A stretch of 33,681 nt of DNA. It comes from Flavobacteriales bacterium (GTDB taxonomy: Bacteria > Bacteroidota > Bacteroidia > Flavobacteriales > BACL11). Position 1 is the first letter of the stretch. Each line of letters starts with the position of its first letter. Shown here piece after piece: positions 1-10,651 of this stretch. The notes beneath the pieces are model-generated. The model did no database searches and was not told the origin of the DNA. It saw only the letters and a list, made by a program, of their open reading frames with translations. A program made the position numbers and the translations under genes. The stretch spans positions 11,270 to 44,950 of the forward strand of contig DUAL01000030.1 in the NCBI GenBank assembly GCA_012960835.1. Direction: 5' to 3'.

Positions 1-1595
<1,595 letters not shown>

Positions 1596-1625
1596 TTTAT
1601 TATCAATTTACATTTTCAAAAATAA

Positions 1626-2459
1626 CTATTTCTTTGTGGCTTTTAGCATTCTATTCTTATCGTTTATATCTTTTTTTAACGCTATATCAACAAAACCTAT
1701 TTTTCGTAGCATTTCCAAAATTTCATTCCCGTATTTTTCATTAATTTCAAAATATAATTTACCCTTACAATTTAAGGATTTTGCTGCTAATTCCCCAATT
1801 TTTTTGTAAAATAATAAGGGATTATTATCCGCTACAAAAAGGGCTAAATTGGGTTCGTATTCTAAAACATTATCAAGCATCAATTCCTTTTCAGACTCCA
1901 AAACATAAGGAGGATTACTTACAATTACATCCACTTTTGGTAAAGTAGTTGTTTTTAAGAGATCTTGCCTAAAAAAGTTGATTTCTACTCCATTTATTTT
2001 TGCGTTTTCTTTAGCGACTACTAAAGCATCTTCTGATACATCAATTGCAGAAATTATAGCATTCGTATTTTTAGCAAGTACTATAGGAATACAGCCACTA
2101 CCTGTTCCTATATCTAGTGCAGAAGAAAATTCTTTTTTTAATATCCAATCTACCAATTCTTCCGTTTCTGGTCTTGGAATTAAAGTATGCTCATTTACTA
2201 TGAATTTTAATCCGTAAAACTCTGTTTCACCTAAGATGTATTGTACTGGTTTATTTGTTTTTAAAGCTGCAATAATCTGCTTAAATCTATCCGATAATGA
2301 AGTAGTAATTTGCTTCTCTGCATGAATGATACAATCCGAACGATTATATTCCAAACAATGCTCAATACTAATATATGCCCAAGAAATAATTTCACGCTCA
2401 TCAGCAATGCCACTCAGTTGCTTAATAAAATACGGTATTATATTGCTGACTTTTTCCAC
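1626..2459 (-). CDS. prmC: Release factor glutamine N5-methyltransferase PrmC/HemK
   Basis: PVQYILG, LIPRPETEEL, LDIGTGSGCI and VSNPPY motifs; GTG start at 2459. Confidence 0.96.
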   Translation of the reverse strand: MEKVSNIIPYFIKQLSGIADEREIISWAYISIEHCLEYNRSDCIIHAEKQITTSLSDRFKQIIAALKTNKPVQYILGETEFYGLKFIVNEHTLIPRPETEELVDWILKKEFSSALDIGTGSGCIPIVLAKNTNAIISAIDVSEDALVVAKENAKINGVEINFFRQDLLKTTTLPKVDVIVSNPPYVLESEKELMLDNVLEYEPNLALFVADNNPLLFYKKIGELAAKSLNCKGKLYFEINEKYGNEILEMLRKIGFVDIALKKDINDKNRMLKATKK

Positions 2460-2463
2460 AGGA

Positions 2464-2489
2464 CAAATGTAATAATTTGGCTATTTTTG
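2464..2489. promoter_or_regulatory. Back-to-back Bacteroidota -7 promoter boxes for prmC and ribD
   Basis: TACATTTG on - (2471-2464) and TATTTTTG on + (2482-2489) both match TAnnTTTG; each lies 4 nt before its start codon. Confidence 0.7.
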
Positions 2490-2493
2490 AGCC

Positions 2494-3972
2494 ATGCAAA
2501 ATGGGGAGATTTTCATGAAAAGATGTATTGAGTTGGCCAACAAAGCAATGGGCTATGCATCTCCAAACCCTATGGTGGGTTCAGTTATTGTTTATGAAGG
2601 TAAAATAATTGGAGAAGGCTATCATGAAAACTATGGAAAATCACATGCTGAAGTGAATGCAATTGCTAGTGTAAAAGACAAAAGTTTACTTCCTAAATCT
2701 ACCCTTTATGTCAATTTAGAACCATGTGCTCATTTCGGAAAAACACCTCCCTGTTCCGACCTAATAATAGAACATAAAATACCAAAAGTTGTTATCGGAT
2801 GTGTCGACTCTTTTTCTGAGGTTGCTGGAAAAGGGATAGCAAAAATGGAAAATGCAGGGATTGAGGTTATTGTTGGCGTTCTAGAAAAAGAAAGCAGAGC
2901 ATTAAACAAACGATTCTTTACTTTTCATGAAAAGGAAAGACCCTACATCATATTGAAATGGGCGGAAAGCAATGATGGATTTATTGCTCCTAAAAATCAA
3001 ACAGCACCTTTTTGGATGACTTCTAGTGAATCAAAGAAATTAGTGCACCAATGGAGAGCAGAAGAAGACGCTATTTTAGTAGGAAGAATTACTGCTAAAA
3101 AGGACAATCCTTCCCTAACAGTTAGAGAAGTTGAAGGAAAAAACCCTGTAAGAATTGTAATAGACAAAGATTTAAAACTTTCTGATGAATTGAATCTGTT
3201 TGATAGTGATTCAAAAACAATTGTTTTTAATGCAATAAAAACAGAAGAAATTGACTCAAATTATTTTATAAAAATTCCCCTTAACAATTTGATTGAAAAT
3301 ATATTAAGTGAATTATATAAACAAAACATTCAGTCAATAATTATTGAAGGAGGAACTATTACTTTACAGTCCTTTATTGATAAAAATATCTGGGATGAAG
3401 CTAGAATTTTTGCAACCAACAAAACATTAGTTGAAGGAGTAAAAGCACCCACTATTGATGGAGAAATTATTTCAGAAGAAGAAATTGAAGGGGATAAACT
3501 TACTTATTACAAATCAATTTCTTCAGTAGAAAAAATTTGGAAAGACTTTATTTCTGAAAATCATCAATACTATAAACTTAAAACTCCCGAATCATTCTTC
3601 TTTTGTGATAATAAGAAAGATGCAGATGAGTGTGCTGAATTGGTTTTAAACAGAATAAAACAAGCTACTGCAGGATCATTATGGTCCTATAAAAAACACA
3701 ATACTGATTTTCCCAAAAAAGGAGATTTATTTATTATAACAGATTGGAAGGGAAATGCAAAAGCAATTATAAAAACTACAAATATAAAGCAAATTCCCTT
3801 TAATCAGATTACTCCTGAATTTGCAAAAACAGAAGGGGAAGGAGATAAATCCCTTTCTTATTGGAAAAAAGTCCATTGGGATTTTTTTTCGAGAGAAATG
3901 GAAGAATATGGAGAAAAACCAAGTGAAGATATGATAATCATATGTGAATACTTTAAAATCTTATATGTATAA
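2494..3972 (+). CDS. ribD: Riboflavin biosynthesis deaminase/reductase RibD fused to a C-terminal ASCH domain
   Basis: aa 1-~340: PNPMVG, HAE, EPCAHFGKTPPC (Zn deaminase), KWAESNDG, DNPSLTVR, IEGG (reductase). aa ~341-492: ADECAELVLNRIKQATA, PKKGD, FAKTEGEGDKSLSYW, typical of EF3133/YhfF-like ASCH proteins. No stop between the two parts. Confidence 0.92.
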   Translation: MQNGEIFMKRCIELANKAMGYASPNPMVGSVIVYEGKIIGEGYHENYGKSHAEVNAIASVKDKSLLPKSTLYVNLEPCAHFGKTPPCSDLIIEHKIPKVVIGCVDSFSEVAGKGIAKMENAGIEVIVGVLEKESRALNKRFFTFHEKERPYIILKWAESNDGFIAPKNQTAPFWMTSSESKKLVHQWRAEEDAILVGRITAKKDNPSLTVREVEGKNPVRIVIDKDLKLSDELNLFDSDSKTIVFNAIKTEEIDSNYFIKIPLNNLIENILSELYKQNIQSIIIEGGTITLQSFIDKNIWDEARIFATNKTLVEGVKAPTIDGEIISEEEIEGDKLTYYKSISSVEKIWKDFISENHQYYKLKTPESFFFCDNKKDADECAELVLNRIKQATAGSLWSYKKHNTDFPKKGDLFIITDWKGNAKAIIKTTNIKQIPFNQITPEFAKTEGEGDKSLSYWKKVHWDFFSREMEEYGEKPSEDMIIICEYFKILYV

Positions 3973-4828
3973 CATAATCTACACCATACTCCTATTCAAC
4001 ATTTTAATAATTACATTTAAAATGTTCAAAAAATACAAAGTTGATAATTTACAAGCGTTAATTGTAAACTACTTAACTGCAGCAATATGTTCTTACTTCT
4101 TTTTAGAACAAGATTTTTCATTAAATTATGTAGTAAATTCTGAATGGTTATATCATGCAATGATTATTGGAACACTATTTATTGTTGTATTTAATTTTTA
4201 CGCTTTTGGAACCCAAAAAGTAGGAATAGCAGTTACGACAGTAGCAAATAAAATGTCCTTAATTATTCCAGTTTGTGCAGCACTTATTTTATATCCAGAA
4301 GAAAACACCTTTGATGCATTAAAAGGAGTTGCATTTTTCTTAGCTCTTGCCGGTATTTATTTATCCTCAACAAGAGGAGGTAAACTAAGTTTTGATAAAA
4401 AATATTTATGGTTAATTATATTGGTATTTGTTGGACAGGGAATTTCTGATTCTATATTTAATGATTTCGCGCAACAATTTCCTGATGAAGGAGGGTATTT
4501 ATTCTTTATGGTATTGTTTTTTATGGCAAGTATTAGTGGAATACTAATATTATCGGCTAAATCTGTTAGAAGCAAAAATCCACTTCAGATAAGGAGTCTG
4601 TTTTGGGGAATCGTTTTTGGAGTCCCTAATTTCTTTTCTTTAGTATTTTTTCTGAAAGCACTTGGAGATCCTAAACTTACAAGTTCAATAGTATTTCCAT
4701 TAGTAAGTATGGGGGTTGTTGTTAGTTCCTCAGTAATTGGATTATTTTTATTTAAAGAAAATTTAACTAGAAATAATTGGATTGGAATTATTCTATCTAT
4801 CTGTGCAATTTACATTTTTACTTATTAA
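3965..4828 (+). CDS. EamA/DMT family transporter
   Basis: About 10 hydrophobic segments in two EamA-like halves (ANKMSLIIPV; FKENLTRNNWIGI). The probable start is ATG 3965, overlapping the ribD stop. Confidence 0.85.
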   Translation: MYNIIYTILLFNILIITFKMFKKYKVDNLQALIVNYLTAAICSYFFLEQDFSLNYVVNSEWLYHAMIIGTLFIVVFNFYAFGTQKVGIAVTTVANKMSLIIPVCAALILYPEENTFDALKGVAFFLALAGIYLSSTRGGKLSFDKKYLWLIILVFVGQGISDSIFNDFAQQFPDEGGYLFFMVLFFMASISGILILSAKSVRSKNPLQIRSLFWGIVFGVPNFFSLVFFLKALGDPKLTSSIVFPLVSMGVVVSSSVIGLFLFKENLTRNNWIGIILSICAIYIFTY

Positions 4829-5439
4829 TGTTTAACGATACTTACAAAGAGATAAAATCCCATACCACAGGAATTTACAAAGAGAAGGGAAGTAAATTTA
4901 TCGCTTACTCCTATCCTGTTTATTCTGAACAAGATGTAAAAGATAAACTTGAAGAAGTAAGGAAATTAGAACATTCTGCTCGTCATCATTGTTATGCCTA
5001 CATTCTTAACCCTGACAAATCAGCACAAAGAGCCAATGATGATGGAGAGCCCTCCTCTACTGCAGGAAAACCCATTTTAGGACAAATACTATCCAACAAC
5101 TTAACCAATATACTCATAGTAGTAGTTCGTTATTTTGGAGGAGTAAAACTAGGTGTTCCAGGATTAATACGATCCTACAAAACAGCAGCTGCAGCTGCAA
5201 TAGCTAATGCTACTATCCTTTCAAAAAAAATAAAAGAACATTATGAGGTGAGTTTCAAATATCCACAAATGAATGATGTAATGCGATTGGTGAAAGAATA
5301 TGATTTAGAAGTTGTAAATACTGACTTCCAAATAGATTGTAAACTTATATTTGCAGCTCCAAAAAGTAAAGCAAATGATATTGTGGATACTTTTAAGAAA
5401 AACCATGAATTAAGTATCAAGTATGTAAAAACTATCTGA
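4828..5439 (+). CDS. yigZ: YigZ/IMPACT family protein
   Basis: KGSKF, ARHHCYAY, DDGEPSSTAGKPIL, VVRYFGGVKLG motifs. The probable start is ATG 4828 (TAATG overlap). Confidence 0.93.
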   Translation: MFNDTYKEIKSHTTGIYKEKGSKFIAYSYPVYSEQDVKDKLEEVRKLEHSARHHCYAYILNPDKSAQRANDDGEPSSTAGKPILGQILSNNLTNILIVVVRYFGGVKLGVPGLIRSYKTAAAAAIANATILSKKIKEHYEVSFKYPQMNDVMRLVKEYDLEVVNTDFQIDCKLIFAAPKSKANDIVDTFKKNHELSIKYVKTI

Positions 5440-5444
5440 GAAGA

Positions 5445-6509
5445 TTAGTAAAACACAACATCTAAGGCATTACCATTTACTTGAATTGACCCTACAAAAC
5501 TTCCTGTCCAAGCTTCATATTTTAAAACGAATCCACTTTGATTTGCATCATTGGCATACAAATAATCCACCTTAGTACTATCATTAATTGACTCAGTATT
5601 AATTGTTATAAAACTCGCATCAATACCGGGAATATGTAAAATAGGGTAAATGGTTAAATCCGTAATATAAATTCCATCTGTTGAAGAGAAAAACATTCTT
5701 GATTTAGATTCATTTATAGCTAAATTATCAGCATTATAAATGCTTGTTAAATTTTTATCATCATCAATTACATTACTCCAAGGCGCAATTTTATACATGG
5801 TCGACTGTCTATTTTGGGATGGATCTTGTGAATTATAAACCCCTTTACAAAGTACCCATAAATGATTAGCACTAAAAACAGCAGAATTAGGATTATAACC
5901 AACATCTAACTTTGCAGAAAAATCATTGATTGCTACCCCAGATTGAAAATAATCAATAGCAACAATTGAGCTATCTCTATCTGAAAAAGAATCCCCTCCT
6001 CCATTTAATACAAAAGCCCTGAACCAACTCCCTACAATATTTGCTGGCCTTGAAGTGTCTCCTGTTTCAATATGCCCTAAAACTTCTAATTTGGATAGAT
6101 CCACTATTTTAACAGAAGAAGCACCTTTATCCACCACATACAATCTATTTTTATCTATTTTTTTACAACTTACTGGATCAGAGAATCCACTTACAGTTCC
6201 CTCACTACCGAAAGTTTCCATATTGGCAATGTAGAGTTTATCACCAATAATATAGACCTGTTTTCCACTTATATGCAAACTTTTTGGCTGAATAATATCC
6301 GTATTATTTACTTTTTTATAGATATTTTCTGTTACAATTCTGAGCGTATCAACTGCTAAATAATTGTAAAAAGAAACACCTTGATCAGTGAGGATATACA
6401 TTCCAGCTCCATAATCTTTTGGAAGATTAATTGTTGGATCGCTTTTTTCTTCTTTCTTACAAGAGGATATTACTAAAGATAAAATAAGGAAATATTTTAA
6501 TAGTTTCAT
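5445..6509 (-). CDS. Surface lipoprotein, YncE/DUF5074-like beta-propeller (divergent BtuG paralogue)
   Basis: Lipobox VISSC followed by KKEEKSD. Propeller-type motifs (RLYVVD, VKIVDL, VGYNPNS, LWVLCKG) parallel those of the neighbouring gene. The probable start is ATG 6509. Confidence 0.7.
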   Translation of the reverse strand: MKLLKYFLILSLVISSCKKEEKSDPTINLPKDYGAGMYILTDQGVSFYNYLAVDTLRIVTENIYKKVNNTDIIQPKSLHISGKQVYIIGDKLYIANMETFGSEGTVSGFSDPVSCKKIDKNRLYVVDKGASSVKIVDLSKLEVLGHIETGDTSRPANIVGSWFRAFVLNGGGDSFSDRDSSIVAIDYFQSGVAINDFSAKLDVGYNPNSAVFSANHLWVLCKGVYNSQDPSQNRQSTMYKIAPWSNVIDDDKNLTSIYNADNLAINESKSRMFFSSTDGIYITDLTIYPILHIPGIDASFITINTESINDSTKVDYLYANDANQSGFVLKYEAWTGSFVGSIQVNGNALDVVFY

Positions 6510-6524
6510 AAAAATAAATTTTAG

Positions 6525-6532
6525 CAAATATA
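6525..6532 (-). promoter_or_regulatory. -7 promoter box for the second propeller lipoprotein
   Basis: TATATTTG on the - strand, 15 nt before ATG 6509. Confidence 0.6.
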
Positions 6533-6559
6533 AAAAAAGGGAAGCTAATGCCTCCCTCT
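6532..6559 (-). terminator. Rho-independent terminator after btuG
   Basis: Minus strand AGGGAGGC-ATTA-GCTTCCCT hairpin followed by a T run. Confidence 0.82.
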
Positions 6560-6586
6560 TTAAATCTAAATCTTATTTATTCAAGA

Positions 6587-7678
6587 TTAGTTAAAGCAAT
6601 ATCCTCCTGGAATAATACCAACTTGAGCTGAATCTACAATAATTCCACTTGTAGTGTATCGGTAGGACCAACCATTTTGCATGTAATCCACAGCATCTGT
6701 TCCGTAAATATAGCCACCATTACATCCTAAACTATAGAAACTCTTGCTAATCAATGCAGTAGTTGGTAATTCTGTAGCAGCAATATCAAAAGCATAAACG
6801 GCTTTTGTCCAACCTCCGTTACTAAAATACAAAGTTGTTCCTGCATTATTAATCACTAAATTGCTTGGATGCTGGGTAGAATCTGCAAAAATAAATGTTT
6901 CTTCAATTTGAGCAGTAACCCCATTAATTCTGATTAACTGCCCTGCCGTATGGCTTTCAATATACGACCAAGTTGAATCGTAATTTGTAGCCCCTTCACA
7001 AAGCACCCAAACATCACCATTTACATCTACTTGAATAGACCTTGGAACATCTCCCACATCAATGGTGCTTTCTATTTCATCTGTAATGGTATTGATTACT
7101 GAAACTCTTGGAGAAGAACTAGACCAACCATAACCGCCATCAGCTGTAAAAACTTTATCGCCCGCCTTTACTAAACCCTCAGGGCTACTGCCATTATAAA
7201 TAAGACCTGTTTGAATATTGCTTTCTAAATCAATGATAACAATAGAACCTCCAAAACCACCTCCCCAATCTGATACATAAGCTTTATGTTCATCTACTTG
7301 TAAAATATATCTTGGAGATTGAAAATATCCTCCTTCTATGCTTGCAACATGTGTCATAGAATTGATATTCGCCACTTCAATTTTATAGGAGTTATTCACT
7401 ACAATATAGGCCTTATCATTAATGACATTCATGGATTGCACCACATCTCCTAAAAGGAAAGAATTTACGGATGCAAACACATTATTTTCTACTGTGTTAT
7501 CACCACTAATAAAAGAAATGGAGCCATTCCCACTTCCAAACCCTCCTTCATTGCTTACAAAGTAACCTTGCTCATAATTACCCTCTGTAACAGATGGTGT
7601 TGGTGTATCTTTTTTACAAGATTCCAAAGTACTGATTGCTAATACAATCATTCCTATTATTTTTAAATTTGTGTTCAT
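6587..7678 (-). CDS. btuG: BtuG-like cobalamin-binding surface lipoprotein (beta-propeller, YncE/DUF5074)
   Basis: Lipobox LESC-KKD; FVSNEGGFGSGNGSISF, LGDVVQSM, AYIVVNNS, SPRY, KAYVSDW, VGIIPG motifs as in Bacteroides BtuG; overlaps the TonB receptor stop by 4 nt. Confidence 0.8.
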   Translation of the reverse strand: MNTNLKIIGMIVLAISTLESCKKDTPTPSVTEGNYEQGYFVSNEGGFGSGNGSISFISGDNTVENNVFASVNSFLLGDVVQSMNVINDKAYIVVNNSYKIEVANINSMTHVASIEGGYFQSPRYILQVDEHKAYVSDWGGGFGGSIVIIDLESNIQTGLIYNGSSPEGLVKAGDKVFTADGGYGWSSSSPRVSVINTITDEIESTIDVGDVPRSIQVDVNGDVWVLCEGATNYDSTWSYIESHTAGQLIRINGVTAQIEETFIFADSTQHPSNLVINNAGTTLYFSNGGWTKAVYAFDIAATELPTTALISKSFYSLGCNGGYIYGTDAVDYMQNGWSYRYTTSGIIVDSAQVGIIPGGYCFN

Positions 7679-9555
7679 TGTTTTTGGTTAATAATATAAT
7701 TTAAAGTTGCTACTAATTCCCTACCAGCAGCCGGATAATTTTTATAGGGCTGATAGGTTTTGTTGTTGATATTTTTAATTGTTAGCTGAAAGCTAAATAG
7801 CAATTCCTCAAATTGGTACAAGAGTGCTACATCACAAAGTAGATAAGCATCTAAACTATCCTTATTATCAGAAGTAGTGAAAACTGAGCCATTGTAAGAT
7901 TGATTGATACTCAATTGAAAATTGTTTTCTTTCAGTATAAAAGTAAGGTTTCCTTTATGAAAAGGAGAGTAAATCAATTGCTTGCCGATAGAGTTGTCCA
8001 ATGTACTTATTCCTTTTTCATTGGTCGATTGGTTGTATTGATAATTTCCTACAAGCAGCAGCTCAGCACTGTTTAGTTGCATCTTGTATTTTAAATTTCC
8101 CTCAATGCCCCTACTCCATACCTGCTTTATATTTTCAGGATGCCACTGCCCCATTTCATTGGGTGTCCATTTAATCCAATCTTGCACTTTTAGGGAAAAA
8201 GCAGTGGCGCTTATTGCTAATCCTTTTAGTTTGACATCAAAACCAGCCTCATGGCTCCATCCATTTTCTGCAAGTAAATCAGCATTACCAAACCCTGCCC
8301 AGAACCTTTCATTAAAAGTAGGGGAACGGAAATTCTTATTTGTTTTGGCGCGAATAGAAAGAAAATCAGTAAGTTTTTGATCGATCCCCAATGATGGAAT
8401 GATTGGTATTTTATAAGTGCTGTGTATTTGTTGCCTTATGGAAATAGTAGAAGAAAACCCTTGAAAGTTTGTTTGCAAAGAAGCATAAACTGCCTTTTCG
8501 TTTTCCTCTCTTTTACCGTTCTGATAATTATTACTCTCTATTTTGTTGTGAGTGAATGCCGCCCCAATATTAACAGTAAAGTATTTTGAACAGTAGCTGA
8601 AATCAGCATTGGAAATATAGCTTTTTGCCAATATTTTACTGTCTATATTTTTGGGTTCATCCACATAATTAAAATCTTCCTCCATCAGGGCTTGCTTTAA
8701 TTTTAATGTTCCTGAATCAATAATATGAGAAGATTTTAGTAAAAAACGATTGGCATCATCATACTGCATGGCAGTAGCATTTGCTACTGTCATATTGGAT
8801 GGAATTTCCCTTTCTGTTTGTACTTTCCAAAAATGCATCTCTACCCTGTTTTTTGTATTGTATTTATAAGCGAAAATAGCTTGCAAATTTTCTGATTTTA
8901 CCCTAGCGTGTTTATTCTGCTCAATAGGATTATCCATTTTTGTAGTATTGACAAAGGAAAAACTATTGTTGTCCTGAATATTGTTGTAAGTTAATTTCAG
9001 AAAGTTGCGATTATTAGCATGTTTCAATTCCAAATGCTTGGATGCTAAACCAAAAGAACCCTTCTCCAATCCAAGTCTTATTTCATTTTTATTTTGGAAA
9101 GAAACGATATTATTAAGATGAATACTCCCACCAACAGCACCACTCCCAAAAATGGAGGAACTGCCACCATAAGCAACTTGCAATTGGTCAAAGGAATTTG
9201 CAGGCAATAGGCCTATATCAATCATGCCGGAAGAAAGAGAATTAAGCGGAATACCATTCCACAAGAAAAGCGTATGTGCAGCAGCCGTTCCTCTAAAAGA
9301 AGGAGTAGCCAAAGCCCCATATTGTTTTATAAAAATGCTGCCGTTTTTATTTAGGAAATCCGCAAGGGTTTGTGTTTTTCCCTCTCCTAATAAAAGAGGG
9401 AAAATAGTTTCTGTTTTACCACCGATTGCGTGTATTTCTATTTTGCTCTCGGATAGCAATACTTCTGGAAGATGAATGGTATCCAAAGTAGTTTGCGCCA
9501 GCAGGTTTACCGATAGCCCAAAAAAGAGTAATATGTATACTAAAAAATGTTTCAT
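7675..9555 (-). CDS. btuB: TonB-dependent cobalamin receptor (BtuB-like)
   Basis: Signal peptide, plug motifs (FRGT, WNGIPLNS, GSGAVGGSIHL), FRSPTFNE, NINNKTY near the C-terminus; lies directly downstream of a cobalamin riboswitch. Confidence 0.85.
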   Translation of the reverse strand: MKHFLVYILLFFGLSVNLLAQTTLDTIHLPEVLLSESKIEIHAIGGKTETIFPLLLGEGKTQTLADFLNKNGSIFIKQYGALATPSFRGTAAAHTLFLWNGIPLNSLSSGMIDIGLLPANSFDQLQVAYGGSSSIFGSGAVGGSIHLNNIVSFQNKNEIRLGLEKGSFGLASKHLELKHANNRNFLKLTYNNIQDNNSFSFVNTTKMDNPIEQNKHARVKSENLQAIFAYKYNTKNRVEMHFWKVQTEREIPSNMTVANATAMQYDDANRFLLKSSHIIDSGTLKLKQALMEEDFNYVDEPKNIDSKILAKSYISNADFSYCSKYFTVNIGAAFTHNKIESNNYQNGKREENEKAVYASLQTNFQGFSSTISIRQQIHSTYKIPIIPSLGIDQKLTDFLSIRAKTNKNFRSPTFNERFWAGFGNADLLAENGWSHEAGFDVKLKGLAISATAFSLKVQDWIKWTPNEMGQWHPENIKQVWSRGIEGNLKYKMQLNSAELLLVGNYQYNQSTNEKGISTLDNSIGKQLIYSPFHKGNLTFILKENNFQLSINQSYNGSVFTTSDNKDSLDAYLLCDVALLYQFEELLFSFQLTIKNINNKTYQPYKNYPAAGRELVATLNYIINQKQ

Positions 9556-9562
9556 TCCCCCT

Positions 9563-9755
9563 ACCGTTTTATCCAGAAACGATTCAGTTTTGTTTCATTC
9601 AGCAGGTCTTCTGACTTGGTCCTTTTGGAGTTGGCCTTCCCATTTATTAAACAGTGGCACATGTAGTTCCCAAAAATTTACGGACTTTACAGCTTCTGGT
9701 AAAGTTGAGGATTCACGCCCCATTCCCTTTTACACCATAATGATGTACTAAACTT
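9563..9755 (-). promoter_or_regulatory. Cobalamin riboswitch with P13 expression hairpin
   Basis: Minus strand: AAAAGGGAA, GTGAATCC T-loop, GCTGTAA, GCCACTG...TGGGAAGGC, B12 box AAGTCAGAAGACCTGC. L5 CCAG (9699-9696) is complementary to L13 CTGG (9576-9573). Confidence 0.93.
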
Positions 9756-9759
9756 AGGG

Positions 9760-9767
9760 CAAAGATA
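9760..9767 (-). promoter_or_regulatory. -7 promoter box for the riboswitch-btuB transcript
   Basis: TATCTTTG on the - strand immediately before riboswitch P1. Confidence 0.75.
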
Positions 9768-9805
9768 AAAATAGTTTGTAGTTGGCTATTGTTAGTTGTA
9801 AGTTT

Positions 9806-10651
9806 TTAGAAAACAGAATTAGATATTTCCAAACTCTTCTCCAGCGCTACCCTATTCAATCCTAAATCCTCAGTAAAATAAGTAATTAGTTTTTCGGTTG
9901 GCATATTTCCTGTAAGTTTATCTTCAGCCATTGGGCAGCCCCCGTATCCTTTTAAAGCTGCATCAAATCTTCTGCACCCATTTTGATAGGCAGCATTTAC
10001 TTTTTCCTCCCAAGTATCAGGGGTAGTATGGAAATGAGCTCCAAATTCTATTGTTGGGTATTCTTTTATTAAAGTACTGAAAAGTGGCGCAATATTTGCA
10101 GGGTTTGAAACTCCAATAGTATCCGATAAAGCAACTATATTCACTTCTAAATGGTGCAGTTTTTCCGTTAGTTCCGCTACTACATCAGGATGGTAATTCT
10201 CTTTATAAGGATTCCCAAAGGCCATGGACAGATACACAACCAATTCCTTCTTGTTTTTAACTGATAAATTCTGAATTTCTTCTACAATAGTGAGCGCCTG
10301 AACAATACTTTTATTCGTATTTCTTTGTTGAAACTGCTCAGAAACTGAAAGCGGAAAACCTAAGTAATTGATTTCCTCAAAATGACAAGCATCAGTAGCC
10401 CCTCTTGTATTTGCGATAATAGCTAATAGTTTACTAGAAGTATTTTCTAAGTCTAAACTAGATAATACTTCAGCAGTATCCTTTAATTGAGGAATAGCTT
10501 TAGGCGAAACAAAAGAACCAAAATCAATCGTATCAAACCCTACTTTTAACAATTGATTGATGTATGCAATTTTGGTATAAGTGGGAATAAACGCACTGAT
10601 TCCTTGCATTACATCTCTTGGACATTCTACTATTTTTATTGCAGAACTCAT
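9806..10651 (-). CDS. Hydroxymethylglutaryl-CoA lyase
   Basis: [29 protein letters not shown] and GGCP motifs. Confidence 0.92.
   Translation of the reverse strand: MSSAIKIVECPRDVMQGISAFIPTYTKIAYINQLLKVGFDTIDFGSFVSPKAIPQLKDTAEVLSSLDLENTSSKLLAIIANTRGATDACHFEEINYLGFPLSVSEQFQQRNTNKSIVQALTIVEEIQNLSVKNKKELVVYLSMAFGNPYKENYHPDVVAELTEKLHHLEVNIVALSDTIGVSNPANIAPLFSTLIKEYPTIEFGAHFHTTPDTWEEKVNAAYQNGCRRFDAALKGYGGCPMAEDKLTGNMPTEKLITYFTEDLGLNRVALEKSLEISNSVF

Noticed and set aside
2452-2460. TTTTCCACA DnaA-box match (another near position 47)
   Set aside because: Isolated matches inside or overlapping coding sequence, with no cluster; expected by chance.
9476-9751. 91-aa + strand ORF over the btuB leader
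   Set aside because: The region is fully explained by the minus-strand cobalamin riboswitch and the btuB 5' end.
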